A DNA stretch of 63,998 bases, filler included, from Candidatus Hydrogenedentota bacterium (GTDB lineage: Bacteria > JBFMHD01): assembly GCA_040752395.1 (NCBI GenBank). It is 10 parts of 10 records of this genome, joined end to end, with 100 filler letters (N's around TTAATTAATTAA, not from the genome) between each part and the next. Parts side by side here need not be neighbours in the genome. Positions count along the whole stretch, not along the records: positions 1 to 6,860 come from JBFMHD010000150.1; positions 6,961 to 13,759 come from JBFMHD010000151.1; 8 more parts are not named here. One strand, 5' to 3'. A model generated the notes under the pieces. It was not told where the DNA came from, did not search any database, and was given only the letters and a program-made list of their open reading frames with translations. The translations under genes were made by a program, and so were the position numbers. This document shows positions 1-9,578 of this stretch, in pieces; position 1 is the first letter of the stretch, and each line of letters begins with the position of its first letter.

Positions 1-1497
1 AAATACCTTGCTCTGAATATCCTGTCTGTGTATCCTGATACTGCCCCCACCTATCTCCACGCCATTAAGTACAATATCATAAGCTCTGGCTCTAACTTTA
101 GAGGGGTCAGTAGTTAAAAACTCTATGTCTTCTAATCGCGGAGACGTAAATGGATGATGAACCGCAACATATCTTTTCTCCTTTTCATCCCACTCAAACA
201 ATGGAAACCCTTTCACCCATAAAAATGCAAGTTTCTTATTATCAATAAGGTTCAACCTCGCTCCTATATCAAACCTAATTTGAGAAAGCACAGTGCAAAC
301 AACTTTTTCTTTGTCAGCAATAAATCCTATGACATCGCCTTCATCTGGCTTAAATATCTCTTTGAATTTATTAAGAACATTAGAAGTGAAATACTTGGTA
401 ATATTTGATGTTAATTCTCCATCTTTTAATCTGAACCATGCAAGCCCACTTGCCCCGAGTTGCTGGGAGCGTGCTATCAGGTCATCAATGTCTTTACGAG
501 AAAAAGAATTACCACAAGGTATACAGAGCCCCCTTACGACACCCCCTTTATGTATAGCATCTTTGAATACTGAGAACTCTGTTTCATTACTGATATCTGT
601 CACGTCTTTAATCTCAAGCCCGAACCGCAGGTCAGGTTTATCATTGCCGTATTTAAGCATCACATCCTCATAATCATATCTCGGAAAAGGTGTTTCTATT
701 TCTATCGATAATGCTGCTTTATATATCTCTTTTAATACACCTTCAATAACGTTAAAGATATCCTCTTCGTTGATAAATGACATTTCAACATCAATCTGAG
801 TAAATTCAGGCTGACGGTCAGCCCTTAAATCTTCATCCCTGAAACATTTTACTATCTGAAAATATCTCTCAAATCCAGAAACCATTAATATTTGTTTAAA
901 AAGTTGTGGAGACTGTGGTAGAGCATAAAAAGTTCCTGGATTCAACCTGCAGGGCACAAGAAAATCGCGTGCGCCCTCAGGAGTGCTCTTTGTTAAAAAA
1001 GGTGTCTCGACTTCAATAAAGCCCTGCTCATCAAAATATCTCCTTGTAGCTTGACAGATTTTATGCCTTATGTAAAGATTGTTAAACATTTTGCTTCTGC
1101 GTAAATCAAGAAATCTATACTTTAATCTTAAATCCTCATTAACCTCATCTGTCTCTTCAAGTGTGAAAGCCGGGGTCTGCGATACATTAAGCAGCTCAAG
1201 TTCAGTCACATATACCTCTACCTCGCCCGTTGGCAGATCAGGGTTTAATGTTTCCTCGGGTCTTCTTCTTACTTTGCCCTTTACTGCTATGACGTATTCT
1301 GACCTGAGTTTATGAGATTCTGTATGTGCTGTTTTTGAGGTCTCTTGCGAGAAAACAATCTGAACTATACCGCTTCTATCACGTAAATCAATAAAAACCA
1401 GTCCACCATGGTCGCGTCTTCTAAAAACCCAGCCCTTTAATAAAACTTCCTGACCGATATGTTCTTTTCTTAAAATTCCAGCAAAAACTCTCTGCAT
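1..1497 (-). CDS. aspS: aspartyl-tRNA synthetase (3' end beyond window)
   Basis: Manual translation MQRVFAG...RRRDHGGLVFIDLRDRSG...STPEGARDFLVP...LPQSPQLFKQILM...CFRDEDLRADRQPEFTQID; AGGAG upstream; follows hisS. Missing from the ORF track. Confidence 0.97.
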   Translation of the reverse strand, partial: MQRVFAGILRKEHIGQEVLLKGWVFRRRDHGGLVFIDLRDRSGIVQIVFSQETSKTAHTESHKLRSEYVIAVKGKVRRRPEETLNPDLPTGEVEVYVTELELLNVSQTPAFTLEETDEVNEDLRLKYRFLDLRRSKMFNNLYIRHKICQATRRYFDEQGFIEVETPFLTKSTPEGARDFLVPCRLNPGTFYALPQSPQLFKQILMVSGFERYFQIVKCFRDEDLRADRQPEFTQIDVEMSFINEEDIFNVIEGVLKEIYKAALSIEIETPFPRYDYEDVMLKYGNDKPDLRFGLEIKDVTDISNETEFSVFKDAIHKGGVVRGLCIPCGNSFSRKDIDDLIARSQQLGASGLAWFRLKDGELTSNITKYFTSNVLNKFKEIFKPDEGDVIGFIADKEKVVCTVLSQIRFDIGARLNLIDNKKLAFLWVKGFPLFEWDEKEKRYVAVHHPFTSPRLEDIEFLTTDPSKVRARAYDIVLNGVEIGGGSIRIHRQDIQSKVF

Positions 1498-1508
1498 AGC
1501 CAACTCCT

Positions 1509-2798
1509 TCAAACTATAATCTCAATCAGTTTATCTATCCAGATAGCTCTATCAAGGTTAATTTGTTCACCTGAAGATAAATTTTTAACAGAGACTTTAT
1601 TATCTTTCATCTCTTTTGTCCCGATAAAAATCACAAAATGAAACTTATATTTAGATGCAACTGAAAGAATCCTTGATATTTTTAGCGGTTCTTTACGTAT
1701 CTCCTGAACCACTCGTAAAGCCAAACCCTTTTTTATACAGCTCTGGCGTAATTCTTCGGAGAGGTCACAAACGTATTCGAAACATTCCTCATCTATATGA
1801 GATATGTAAATACTTATTCTACTTTGTATCTCTTCATTAATCTGTGATGCTAATACCAGTCGTTCAATTCCTGCGGCAAAACCTACACTTGGTGTCGGTT
1901 CTCCCTTAAATTGTTCTATAAGATTATTATATCTACCGCCAGCAGCCAGGGCATCCTGAGAACCGAGTCTATCACTCTTAAACTCAAAAACTGTACGAGT
2001 ATAATAATCAAGCCCTCTTACAAGTCTCGGATTTATTTTAAAATTTATCTTTCTTTTCTCCACATAAGATTTAACCACATCAAGATGGTATCTGCATTTA
2101 TCACATAGATAATCAATGATTTCAGGTGATGAATTCAAAAAATCTTTACAGCCATTAACTTTGCAATCAAGAATGCGTAACGGATTTTTCTTTAATCTTT
2201 CGCTGCATAATTCACATAAGCTGTCCTTACCTTTTGTAGCATAGTTTATCAATTCATCTCTATATTTGTCTCTGCATAATTCGCATCCTACACTACTTAA
2301 TTCAAGCTGGTAGTATACCTTGATAGAACAAAAGAAATCTTTTATTAAAGATATCATTTCAATATCAGCTTGTGGTTCATCAAGTCCGATTAACTCAACC
2401 CCCAGTTGATGAAACTGCCTGCTTCGACCTGATTGAGGTCTTTCATATCTGAACATAGGTCCAATGTAAAACAATCTTGTTATACCACCTGGTAATGTAG
2501 AGTACTGATTATCAACAAGTTTGTTCTGAATGTAAGAGCGTACAATAGATGCGGTATTTTCGGGTCTTAGAGCAAAAGTTCTATCTTTTTTATCTTTGAA
2601 AACATACATCTCTTTCTGTACTATATCAGTAGTCTCTCCAACAGCTCTTTTAAAAATATTTACATCTTCAAAAATCGGTGTCCTTATTTCTGAATAACCA
2701 TACAATTCTGCACATTCTTTAAATTTATTCTCAATATGTTGCCATTTGATAATTTCAGGTGAATATATATCCTTTGTTCCGCGTGGTGCCTGTAACAT
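1509..2798 (-). CDS. hisS: histidyl-tRNA synthetase
   Basis: PRGTKD, LRPENTAS, FRYERPQSGRSRQFHQ, LVRGLDYY, GGRY motifs; hisS-aspS order. Confidence 0.97.
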   Translation of the reverse strand: MLQAPRGTKDIYSPEIIKWQHIENKFKECAELYGYSEIRTPIFEDVNIFKRAVGETTDIVQKEMYVFKDKKDRTFALRPENTASIVRSYIQNKLVDNQYSTLPGGITRLFYIGPMFRYERPQSGRSRQFHQLGVELIGLDEPQADIEMISLIKDFFCSIKVYYQLELSSVGCELCRDKYRDELINYATKGKDSLCELCSERLKKNPLRILDCKVNGCKDFLNSSPEIIDYLCDKCRYHLDVVKSYVEKRKINFKINPRLVRGLDYYTRTVFEFKSDRLGSQDALAAGGRYNNLIEQFKGEPTPSVGFAAGIERLVLASQINEEIQSRISIYISHIDEECFEYVCDLSEELRQSCIKKGLALRVVQEIRKEPLKISRILSVASKYKFHFVIFIGTKEMKDNKVSVKNLSSGEQINLDRAIWIDKLIEIIV

Positions 2799-2843
2799 TT
2801 ACCCTTCCTCACTTGTTTCTCTATCAACAATTTTTCTTGTAAT

Positions 2844-3647
2844 TCAAGATGGTCTATTTACTAATTCATCAAAATAATTTAAGGTTAACCTGTCATTGGG
2901 ATATCTTTTCAATATTTCTTTAAATATATGTAATGCCTTTTCTATGTATCCTTTTCTTGCATATAAAACAGCGAGGCTTCTTTTAGCATCTTTCATTTCA
3001 GGATTTATAGCGATAGCTTTCAAAAACTCTTTTTCAGCCTCATTATCCCTTCTTTTTTTAAATAAAATAAAACCACTAAAATAATAAATATCAGAATTAG
3101 AAGGTTCAACTCTCTTAAGTCCTTCAATCGTTGTAAAGGCTTTATTATACCATTTATATTCTATGTATTCCTGAACTTTTTTTAAATTGCGTTCAATAAA
3201 TGTTATATCAGATTTAACATTGTTTTCGCTGATACCTAATATTTCATTATATGAATCTTTAATATTTTTGCCAGCAAAAAGTTTTTCCTCAATATCTTTT
3301 TCTTCATTTAAGAATTCGGGATTAATTGTTATGAGCAGATTAAAAGTATTATCATATTTCTTACGTTTAAAATAAGCCAGAGCTTGATAAAACAAAGGAA
3401 GATATTCACCATTTTTGATTTTTCCTGCTTTTCTATATTCAATCAACGCCTCCACTGGCAAACTTTTAAGTAAAAACGTATGACCTCTATAAAGATGGGC
3501 TCTGTAATTGTATGGATTACAATCAATAGCTTTAATAAGGAGGTTTAAAGCATCATCAAATTTATATAACAGAAAACTCTTCAATCCCTGGTTCACATAT
3601 TCTTCATCAGGGCTTGAAATCTCAGTTATTTTCATTCCCTTTTTCAC
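2844..3647 (-). CDS. tetratricopeptide repeat protein
   Basis: Multiple TPR-like helices (AHLYRG..., AKRSLAVLY..KG..EKA); alternative ATG at 3635. Confidence 0.8.
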   Translation of the reverse strand: MKKGMKITEISSPDEEYVNQGLKSFLLYKFDDALNLLIKAIDCNPYNYRAHLYRGHTFLLKSLPVEALIEYRKAGKIKNGEYLPLFYQALAYFKRKKYDNTFNLLITINPEFLNEEKDIEEKLFAGKNIKDSYNEILGISENNVKSDITFIERNLKKVQEYIEYKWYNKAFTTIEGLKRVEPSNSDIYYFSGFILFKKRRDNEAEKEFLKAIAINPEMKDAKRSLAVLYARKGYIEKALHIFKEILKRYPNDRLTLNYFDELVNRPS

Positions 3648-3901
3648 CTTTATCTCGGGCGTTTTCTATCTCATAAACAACAGCTGTTTCATCACATTCA
3701 ATCCATGCCGGAAATCTATCATATTTTCTAGCAGCCCCATCATCGGCCTTGGAAGCATCTCTTCACTCGATGCATAAGTATTAACGAGTAAACTAATCTT
3801 TGATATATCAGCTATCACAGCCTTCCTATACATATTACCTCGATAATGTGATTGAAATAATATTTTTATCTTTTCTTGTGTCAATTAAAATTTTCGGTAT
3901 T
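3642..3901 (-). pseudogene. internally deleted duplicate of the argA-like GNAT gene and its upstream region
   Basis: Near-identical blocks to 4852-4866, about 4931-4972 and about 5268-5459, with intervening segments missing. Confidence 0.9.
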
Positions 3902-3975
3902 GAACAAACCATTACCCCCCACTTTTTTGATTAAACTCGACAATTTATTACAATTATGAGAAACAGTTAAAATTA

Positions 3976-4020
3976 AATAATAGAGCGGTCGGGGAGTTTT
4001 TCCACGACTGCTCTATTATT
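3976..4020. promoter_or_regulatory. 45-nt inverted repeat (terminator or operator-like) upstream of MNT-HEPN
   Basis: AATAATAGAGCGGTCG...CGACTGCTCTATTATT; followed by TTGACT (4024) and TATAAT (4045). Confidence 0.6.
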
Positions 4021-4084
4021 TCATTGACTATAATTGTAATTATATATAATATTTTTTATATGAGATAGAATATGAAGTGGATTA

Positions 4085-4450
4085 GTGTGGATGATGAAAA
4101 CTTTAAGTGAAATAATAAAAAGAATAGATTTAAGGAGAGAAAGGCTAAAAGATTATCTGGCTGATATCGTGCAGCAGCTTAAAAAAATGGGCGCAATTAA
4201 AATAGTTCTGTTTGGCTCTTTTATCTCGGGTAAAATTACCCCGGCCAGTGACCTGGATATTTTAGTAATAATGCCTGATTCAAAGAATGGTAAACAATGG
4301 TTAAAGCAAGTTTATAGAGAAATAAAAAGAGATGTTGCTTGCGATATCTTTGTTTTCAATAGCAAAGAATATGAAGAGACAAAAGATAAAAATTTCTTCT
4401 TAAAACAAATTACTAAAAAAGGAAAGGTGCTTTATGAAAAAAGAATTTAA
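4085..4450 (+). CDS. minimal nucleotidyltransferase (MNT) antitoxin
   Basis: LFGS...SDLDILV motif plus CDIFVF; likely ATG at 4091 or 4094. Confidence 0.88.
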   Translation: MWMMKTLSEIIKRIDLRRERLKDYLADIVQQLKKMGAIKIVLFGSFISGKITPASDLDILVIMPDSKNGKQWLKQVYREIKRDVACDIFVFNSKEYEETKDKNFFLKQITKKGKVLYEKRI

Positions 4451-4841
4451 TGCAGAAGCAAAAAGATGGCTTATCCAGGCAAGGGATGAATTTACTGATG
4501 CAGAAGACTTGCGCATTAGAAAAAGATTTTATCTTGCTTTATTCCATTTTCAACAAGCAACCGAAAAGGCAATAAAGGCTTATCTTTATAGTATCGTTCC
4601 TTCGGAAGAAGTATTTTTTACCCACTCTATTTATGAACTTATTCAGATGGCTTGCAAAAAGGATAAAGATTTTAAAAGTGTAACAAAAGCAGCAAAACTT
4701 GATGAATATTATATTCCCACGCGTTATCCCAATGGATTGCCAGGTGGTGTGCCCTCACAGTTCTATAATGACCCAAAAGAGGCAGAAGATGCAATGAATT
4801 TAGCCAGAAAGGTAATCGAACTGATTGAGAAAAAGTTATAA
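4434..4841 (+). CDS. HEPN domain protein
   Basis: FHFQQATEKAIKAYL, THS, LDEYYIPTRYP; overlaps MNT. Confidence 0.9.
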   Translation: MKKEFNAEAKRWLIQARDEFTDAEDLRIRKRFYLALFHFQQATEKAIKAYLYSIVPSEEVFFTHSIYELIQMACKKDKDFKSVTKAAKLDEYYIPTRYPNGLPGGVPSQFYNDPKEAEDAMNLARKVIELIEKKL

Positions 4842-4845
4842 TCAT

Positions 4846-5391
4846 TCAGTCTTTCACCTTTACCTCGTTAGAAATAATCTGGTGTGAGGCATGTGCTCTT
4901 GTATCTGCTTGTGGTGCCGGCTTTTTAACAGCGTTTTCTATCTCATAAACAACAGCTGTTTCATCACATTCAGGAAATTTCATACACCTTACACATTCGG
5001 TCCATATTTTATGTGGTAGTTTATTTCTGTTGATAGTTTTAAAAGAGAGTTTTTTAAAGAACTCAGGTCTTTTGGTAAGTGCGAAAACTTTTTTTATACC
5101 AAACGATTTTACTTCCTCGATGCATAACCGAACAAGTTCGCTCCCTATGCCTTTAAGCTGGTGCTCTTTTTCAACCGCCAGACATTTTATTTCAGCCATC
5201 TCAGCGGTTTCAATACTTAAAGCGCAGCAACCAATCAGTTCATTACTGCTATCATCAATACAGACCCAGAAATCTCTTATATTTTCGAGCAGCTCCATCA
5301 TCGGCCTTGGAAGCATCTCTTCACTCGATGCATAAGTATTAACGAGTAAACTAATCTTTGGTATATCAGCTATCACAGCTTTCCTATACAT
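4846..5391 (-). CDS. ArgA-like short GNAT N-acetyltransferase (amino-acid acetyltransferase)
   Basis: MLPR, AEIKCLAV, GIGSELV, VFALT, LPHKIWTECVRCMKFPECDETA; ATG at 5391 with GAGG preferred to the TTG at 5442. Confidence 0.85.
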   Translation of the reverse strand: MYRKAVIADIPKISLLVNTYASSEEMLPRPMMELLENIRDFWVCIDDSSNELIGCCALSIETAEMAEIKCLAVEKEHQLKGIGSELVRLCIEEVKSFGIKKVFALTKRPEFFKKLSFKTINRNKLPHKIWTECVRCMKFPECDETAVVYEIENAVKKPAPQADTRAHASHQIISNEVKVKD

Positions 5392-5721
5392 ATTACCTCG
5401 ATAATGTGATTGAAATAATATTTTTATCTTTTCTTGTGTCAATTAAATTTTTTGGTATTATTTTATGTTCGAGCATTGAAATTACAAAAAATAAAAAATG
5501 TAGTGAGCATCTTTAGATGCGATAAGCAGGGGTTAAAAGAAACCTGTTCGTAAGGCATAAAGATTCGAAAATTAAAAGATTGAAGTAGGTAGGAGATTGG
5601 AGGTAGAAGGCAGATGGCAGATATAAATTCAAATTGCAAATTGCAATTTGCAATTTAACTTTGTGCTTACTCTGAAAAGTAATGAAGTATCAGACGTTGT
5701 ATAGAGCGTAAACCATGCTCA

Positions 5722-6860
5722 TTATGCTTTCTTTTGGCCGGTTAAAATATACTCTATACCCTCTTTCCACGGATAAATGGATATATTTCCTGCTAAATAT
5801 TTTCTCGGGGCAGTACAAAGACAAATCAGTCGGGCATCAGGGTTCTCTTTTTTAAAAGAGAGCAGGGATTTCAGGTCAGTTTCTGATAGGGAGGTACTTG
5901 ATTTTATCTCAATTGCAATGAGTGGGTCAGTAAAATTTCGTGATAATACAAGGTCTACTTCAAGCCCGGTGTTTGTGCGCCAGTAATGCATTTTATAGTT
6001 GCATTCATAATAGTCGCTCAGCTGTATAATCTCCTGGATAACGAATGTCTCAAAACGTTTTCCGAAAATATAAGAACTGGGTTTTGTCTCAATCTCCAGT
6101 TCACCACGTACTGCATTAAGAATCCCGCAATCAAAAAAATAGATTTTAGGGCTTTGCAGAAGCTGTTTTCTTACAGAACGTGCCCAGCCGTTTATACGGA
6201 AAACAAGCATTGTGTCAATTAAAATCTGGGTAAATTCCTGTACGGTTTTAACCGAAACGCCGCACCCCTTTGCAAGTTTTGAAAAGTTTAATGGTTCGCC
6301 GTTCATCTGTCCGGCAATATCCAGAAATCGGATATAATTATCGACCTTTCTAATCAGTGCTTCCTGCATTATCTCCTCTTTGAGATATGTTTCAACATAG
6401 GCTTTTAAAGAACGAACAGGGTTGTCTTCTGAAAGATATATGGCTGGCAGGGTTCCAATTCTCAAAGCTTTAAAAAGATCAACGTCCACCTCTTTATGAG
6501 TAAAAGGATGGAGTTTTAAAGTCCATACTCTTCCTGCAAGTAAATTTGCTCCGCCATGTTTTAGTTTGCGGGCACTGGAACCTGTTAAAAGAAATCTTAC
6601 TTTTCCTTTATATGTCTCGATGAGCGAATGAATCTCGTCTAATAGAACTGGCATTTTCTGAATTTCATCTATAACTACAGTTAATATTTTATCTGGTTTT
6701 ATAGCCGATTCAATCTCTCTACGGAATAATCCTGCTGATGATAAGTATCTGGAATAAGTTTCATAACTTAGCAAGTCTATATAAAGTGAAGGTGGATTTT
6801 TGCTCGCAAACTCACGGGAAAGCATTGTCTTGCCAACTCCTCTTGGACCAAAAAGAAAAG
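5722..6860 (-). CDS. AAA+ ATPase, AAA_14 plus DUF4143 type (5' truncated)
   Basis: GPRGVGKT at contig edge, IDEIQK, TGSS, PKIYFFDCG, EVD...AIEIKS. Confidence 0.88.
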
Positions 6861-6960
6861 NNNNNNNNNNNNNNNNNNNNNNNNNNNNNNNNNNNNNNNN
6901 NNNNTTAATTAATTAANNNNNNNNNNNNNNNNNNNNNNNNNNNNNNNNNNNNNNNNNNNN
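6861..6960. other. artificial contig linker (also 13760, 20530, 27290, 33994, 40663, 47238, 53797, 60342; each 100 nt)
   Basis: N run flanking TTAATTAATTAA (stops in six frames). Confidence 0.98.
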
Positions 6961-7893
6961 AAGAACTTTTTTCTCTTTTAGTTTTTGATAAACCTCTTTT
7001 GCGTTCTTAATCCTTAGTAATAAAAAATTAGAACCAGAATTATATACAAATAAATCCATCTCTTCAAGAGATTTTTTTACCCTCTCCCTCTCTCTGATAA
7101 TCTTCTCTACGTTTTCACTTATATCCATATCCACCGCGATAGAACCAATATATTGAGTGATACGGTTTAAATTATACGAATCCTTTACTGATAAGAGTTC
7201 GTCGATTAACTCGTTATCTCCAAACCCGAACCCAAGTCTTAAACCCGCAAGCGAATGTGATTTCGAAAACGTTCGTAAGACTATAAGATTTCTGTACCTC
7301 TTTATTAAGGGTATAGCTGTTATTTTACAAAATTCAGCATAAGCTTCGTCAACTATTACGAGCCTCTCTTTCCTCGCCTCAAGAATCTCTTTTATCACAT
7401 CAAGGTCCGTTACAATACCTGTGGGCGAATTCGGGGTACAGACAAAAACTATCTTTACACTGCTTTTAATTATATCCCTGTTTATACCTAAATCTCTTGC
7501 AGGTTTAAACTCTATAACCTTTGCATTAAACATCTTCCCAAGTACTTTATAAAGAGTATATGTCGGCACAGAGTAAGCTATTTTATCACCCGGATCAATA
7601 AATGCCTGAAATATCAATCTTAAAATCTCGTCCGAACCTGCACCTGCTATTACATTCTGCCTTTTAATCCCGCATTTTTTAGCTATCTTTGCTCGAAGCT
7701 GCAAGGATAATGGTTCTGGATACTTGTTCAGACTATCAATTACGGATTTATCAAATGCTATATTTACAGAATACGGGTTCTCGTTGGTATTAAGTTTTAC
7801 ATATACCTCATTATATTGTTCCCCGGGTATATAGGCTTTAAAGTTCTTTAAACTCTTTCTATAAAATATACTCATTCTGTCGCTTTGCTCCAT
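6961..7893 (-). CDS. hisC: histidinol-phosphate aminotransferase (3' truncated)
   Basis: KLNTNENPY, GSDE, PNSPTG, DEAY, RTFSKSHSLAGLRLG. Confidence 0.93.
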
Positions 7894-8190
7894 TGCAAAT
7901 TGTAAATTGCAAATTTATTTGCCTCCTTTGGGTCTTGTGCCCCTCACTACGTCATTTTTTTCATTCATTTTGCAATCTCCAATTTCCAATCTTCAATTTT
8001 CAATTGTGCCTCTGTGCCTCTTTCGTTATCTTAATATAACTTCTTTGTGATGGGGTCAATAGAAAAATTCTAAGTTCTGAATAAAGGGAGAACGTATAAA
8101 TCACGAATTTACTCTGGTTAACATAATAAAAAAATTTTTAATAGTAATACTTGACATTTTTATAATTTTATATTAAAAATGTATTTTATT

Positions 8191-8470
8191 AAGGAGTTGT
8201 CCTGAACGCGGTTTGCGCTCTACACTATTGGGTTCTTGGGTTATTGGGTTATTGCGTTTTTGGGTCTTTGCGTTCTACTTTACAGGAAAGGCACAGAGGC
8301 ACAAAGGCACAAAGTATGAAAAACTAAAGATGATATGAAAAGAGTCGTGAGTCAAAACAGGACTCGAGACTCAAGACTCAAGACTTTTCAGCAGGCTTTG
8401 GTCTCCAGCCGGCTGTAGTCCGTAGCCTGTAGCCCGAATTATTAGAGTTACAGCGTTTTTCGAAGGATGG
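8191..8470 (+). repeat. modular heptamer/octamer hairpin repeat, long copy in cpaB leader
   Basis: GCGCTCTACAC; (TTGGGTTA)n; (GGCACAAA)n; TATGAAAAACTAAAGATGATATG; GAGTCGT/GACTCAA hairpin; CAGCCGGCTG hairpin; TTATTAGAGTTACAGCGTTTTTCGAAGGA. Confidence 0.9.
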
Positions 8471-8477
8471 TATATTA

Positions 8478-9578
8478 ATGGAAAGAAAGAAAATTATCTT
8501 TATAGTGGGGATAGTTTCAGTTGTAGTAGCAATACTTGTAGCTGTTCTGATTATTTTTTTGACAGGCGAAGAGGAGCCACCACCTGTCATACCAACAGCA
8601 GTAACTATACCAGAATCACTTCCTCAACAACCGCCACCACCACCAGAAATAGTTGTAGCCTCAAGACCGATACGTGCACATACAATCCTGACTAATGATG
8701 ATATAACAAAAAAAGTTATGCCAAAACCCTGGAAAGAACCGTATATAGAAGACAAGGACAAAGCTATGTTAGTGGGAAGAATTGTTAAAAATGATATAAG
8801 AAAGGGGCAGGCTGTTCTTAATGACTATCTTTATGTCGGCGAAAAATTCGCATATTTAATACCTCCAAACCTGCGCGCAGTACCTATCCCTGTAACTGAA
8901 CAGATTTCTATACTTTATATGATAAATCCAGGTGACAAAGTAGATGTCTTATGCATCTTCCCTCAAACCTATACTGACCAGCTTATGACAAAAATCCTTA
9001 TTCAAGATGCAGATGTTTTATCAGTTGGTAGAAAATACATCCCTGATTTTATGCGTCAAGCTATGCAGTCACAACCCCAACCTTCATCAGCGCCGGCTGA
9101 AGCTCAACCACAGGCACCGCCACCACCACCAACTGAACTTACTTATAACTTTATTGTTCTTGGTGTCTCGCCTGATGAAGCTGAAAAATTAGTATTAGCT
9201 GAAAAGGTTGGTGAGATAAGACTGCTTCTTCGTGGTGAAGGAAGTACATATAAAACATATACCATCGGCGGCTATAAATCTACTGTTGTCAGTAAAGCAT
9301 ATATGGATAATTATATGATGGAAGCCTCGAAAGACAGATTACAGAATATTATTGAGATATATAAAGGTACAGAATTAAAACATAATTTACAACTCCCACC
9401 CGGGAAACAGCGTGACCGTGCAAAGTATGATGCACTTGTAACTGGCGAAGAATTATCTCGATGGGAAAAGATAAAAGAAGCTCAAATGGAAAAAGCAAAG
9501 ATGATGACCGAGCCATCAGGCCAAAAGCTTATGCAGGAAGAAGGCGAGATCCCAACAGAAGGAGAAACTAAAAAATAA
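8478..9578 (+). CDS. cpaB: Flp pilus assembly protein CpaB (SAF plus RcpC)
   Basis: N-terminal TM, IVVASRPI, LRAVPIPV, PGDKVDV, VSPDEAEKLVLA...IRLLLR. Confidence 0.88.
   Translation: MERKKIIFIVGIVSVVVAILVAVLIIFLTGEEEPPPVIPTAVTIPESLPQQPPPPPEIVVASRPIRAHTILTNDDITKKVMPKPWKEPYIEDKDKAMLVGRIVKNDIRKGQAVLNDYLYVGEKFAYLIPPNLRAVPIPVTEQISILYMINPGDKVDVLCIFPQTYTDQLMTKILIQDADVLSVGRKYIPDFMRQAMQSQPQPSSAPAEAQPQAPPPPPTELTYNFIVLGVSPDEAEKLVLAEKVGEIRLLLRGEGSTYKTYTIGGYKSTVVSKAYMDNYMMEASKDRLQNIIEIYKGTELKHNLQLPPGKQRDRAKYDALVTGEELSRWEKIKEAQMEKAKMMTEPSGQKLMQEEGEIPTEGETKK

Noticed and set aside
293-1315. Short plus-strand ORFs here and similar antisense ORFs elsewhere
   Set aside because: Shadow frames of well-supported genes on the opposite strand (here aspS).
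6861-6960. Recurrent TTAATTAATTAA within N runs, and ORFs ending in X
   Set aside because: Artificial contig linker; not biological, and adjacency across it is meaningless.
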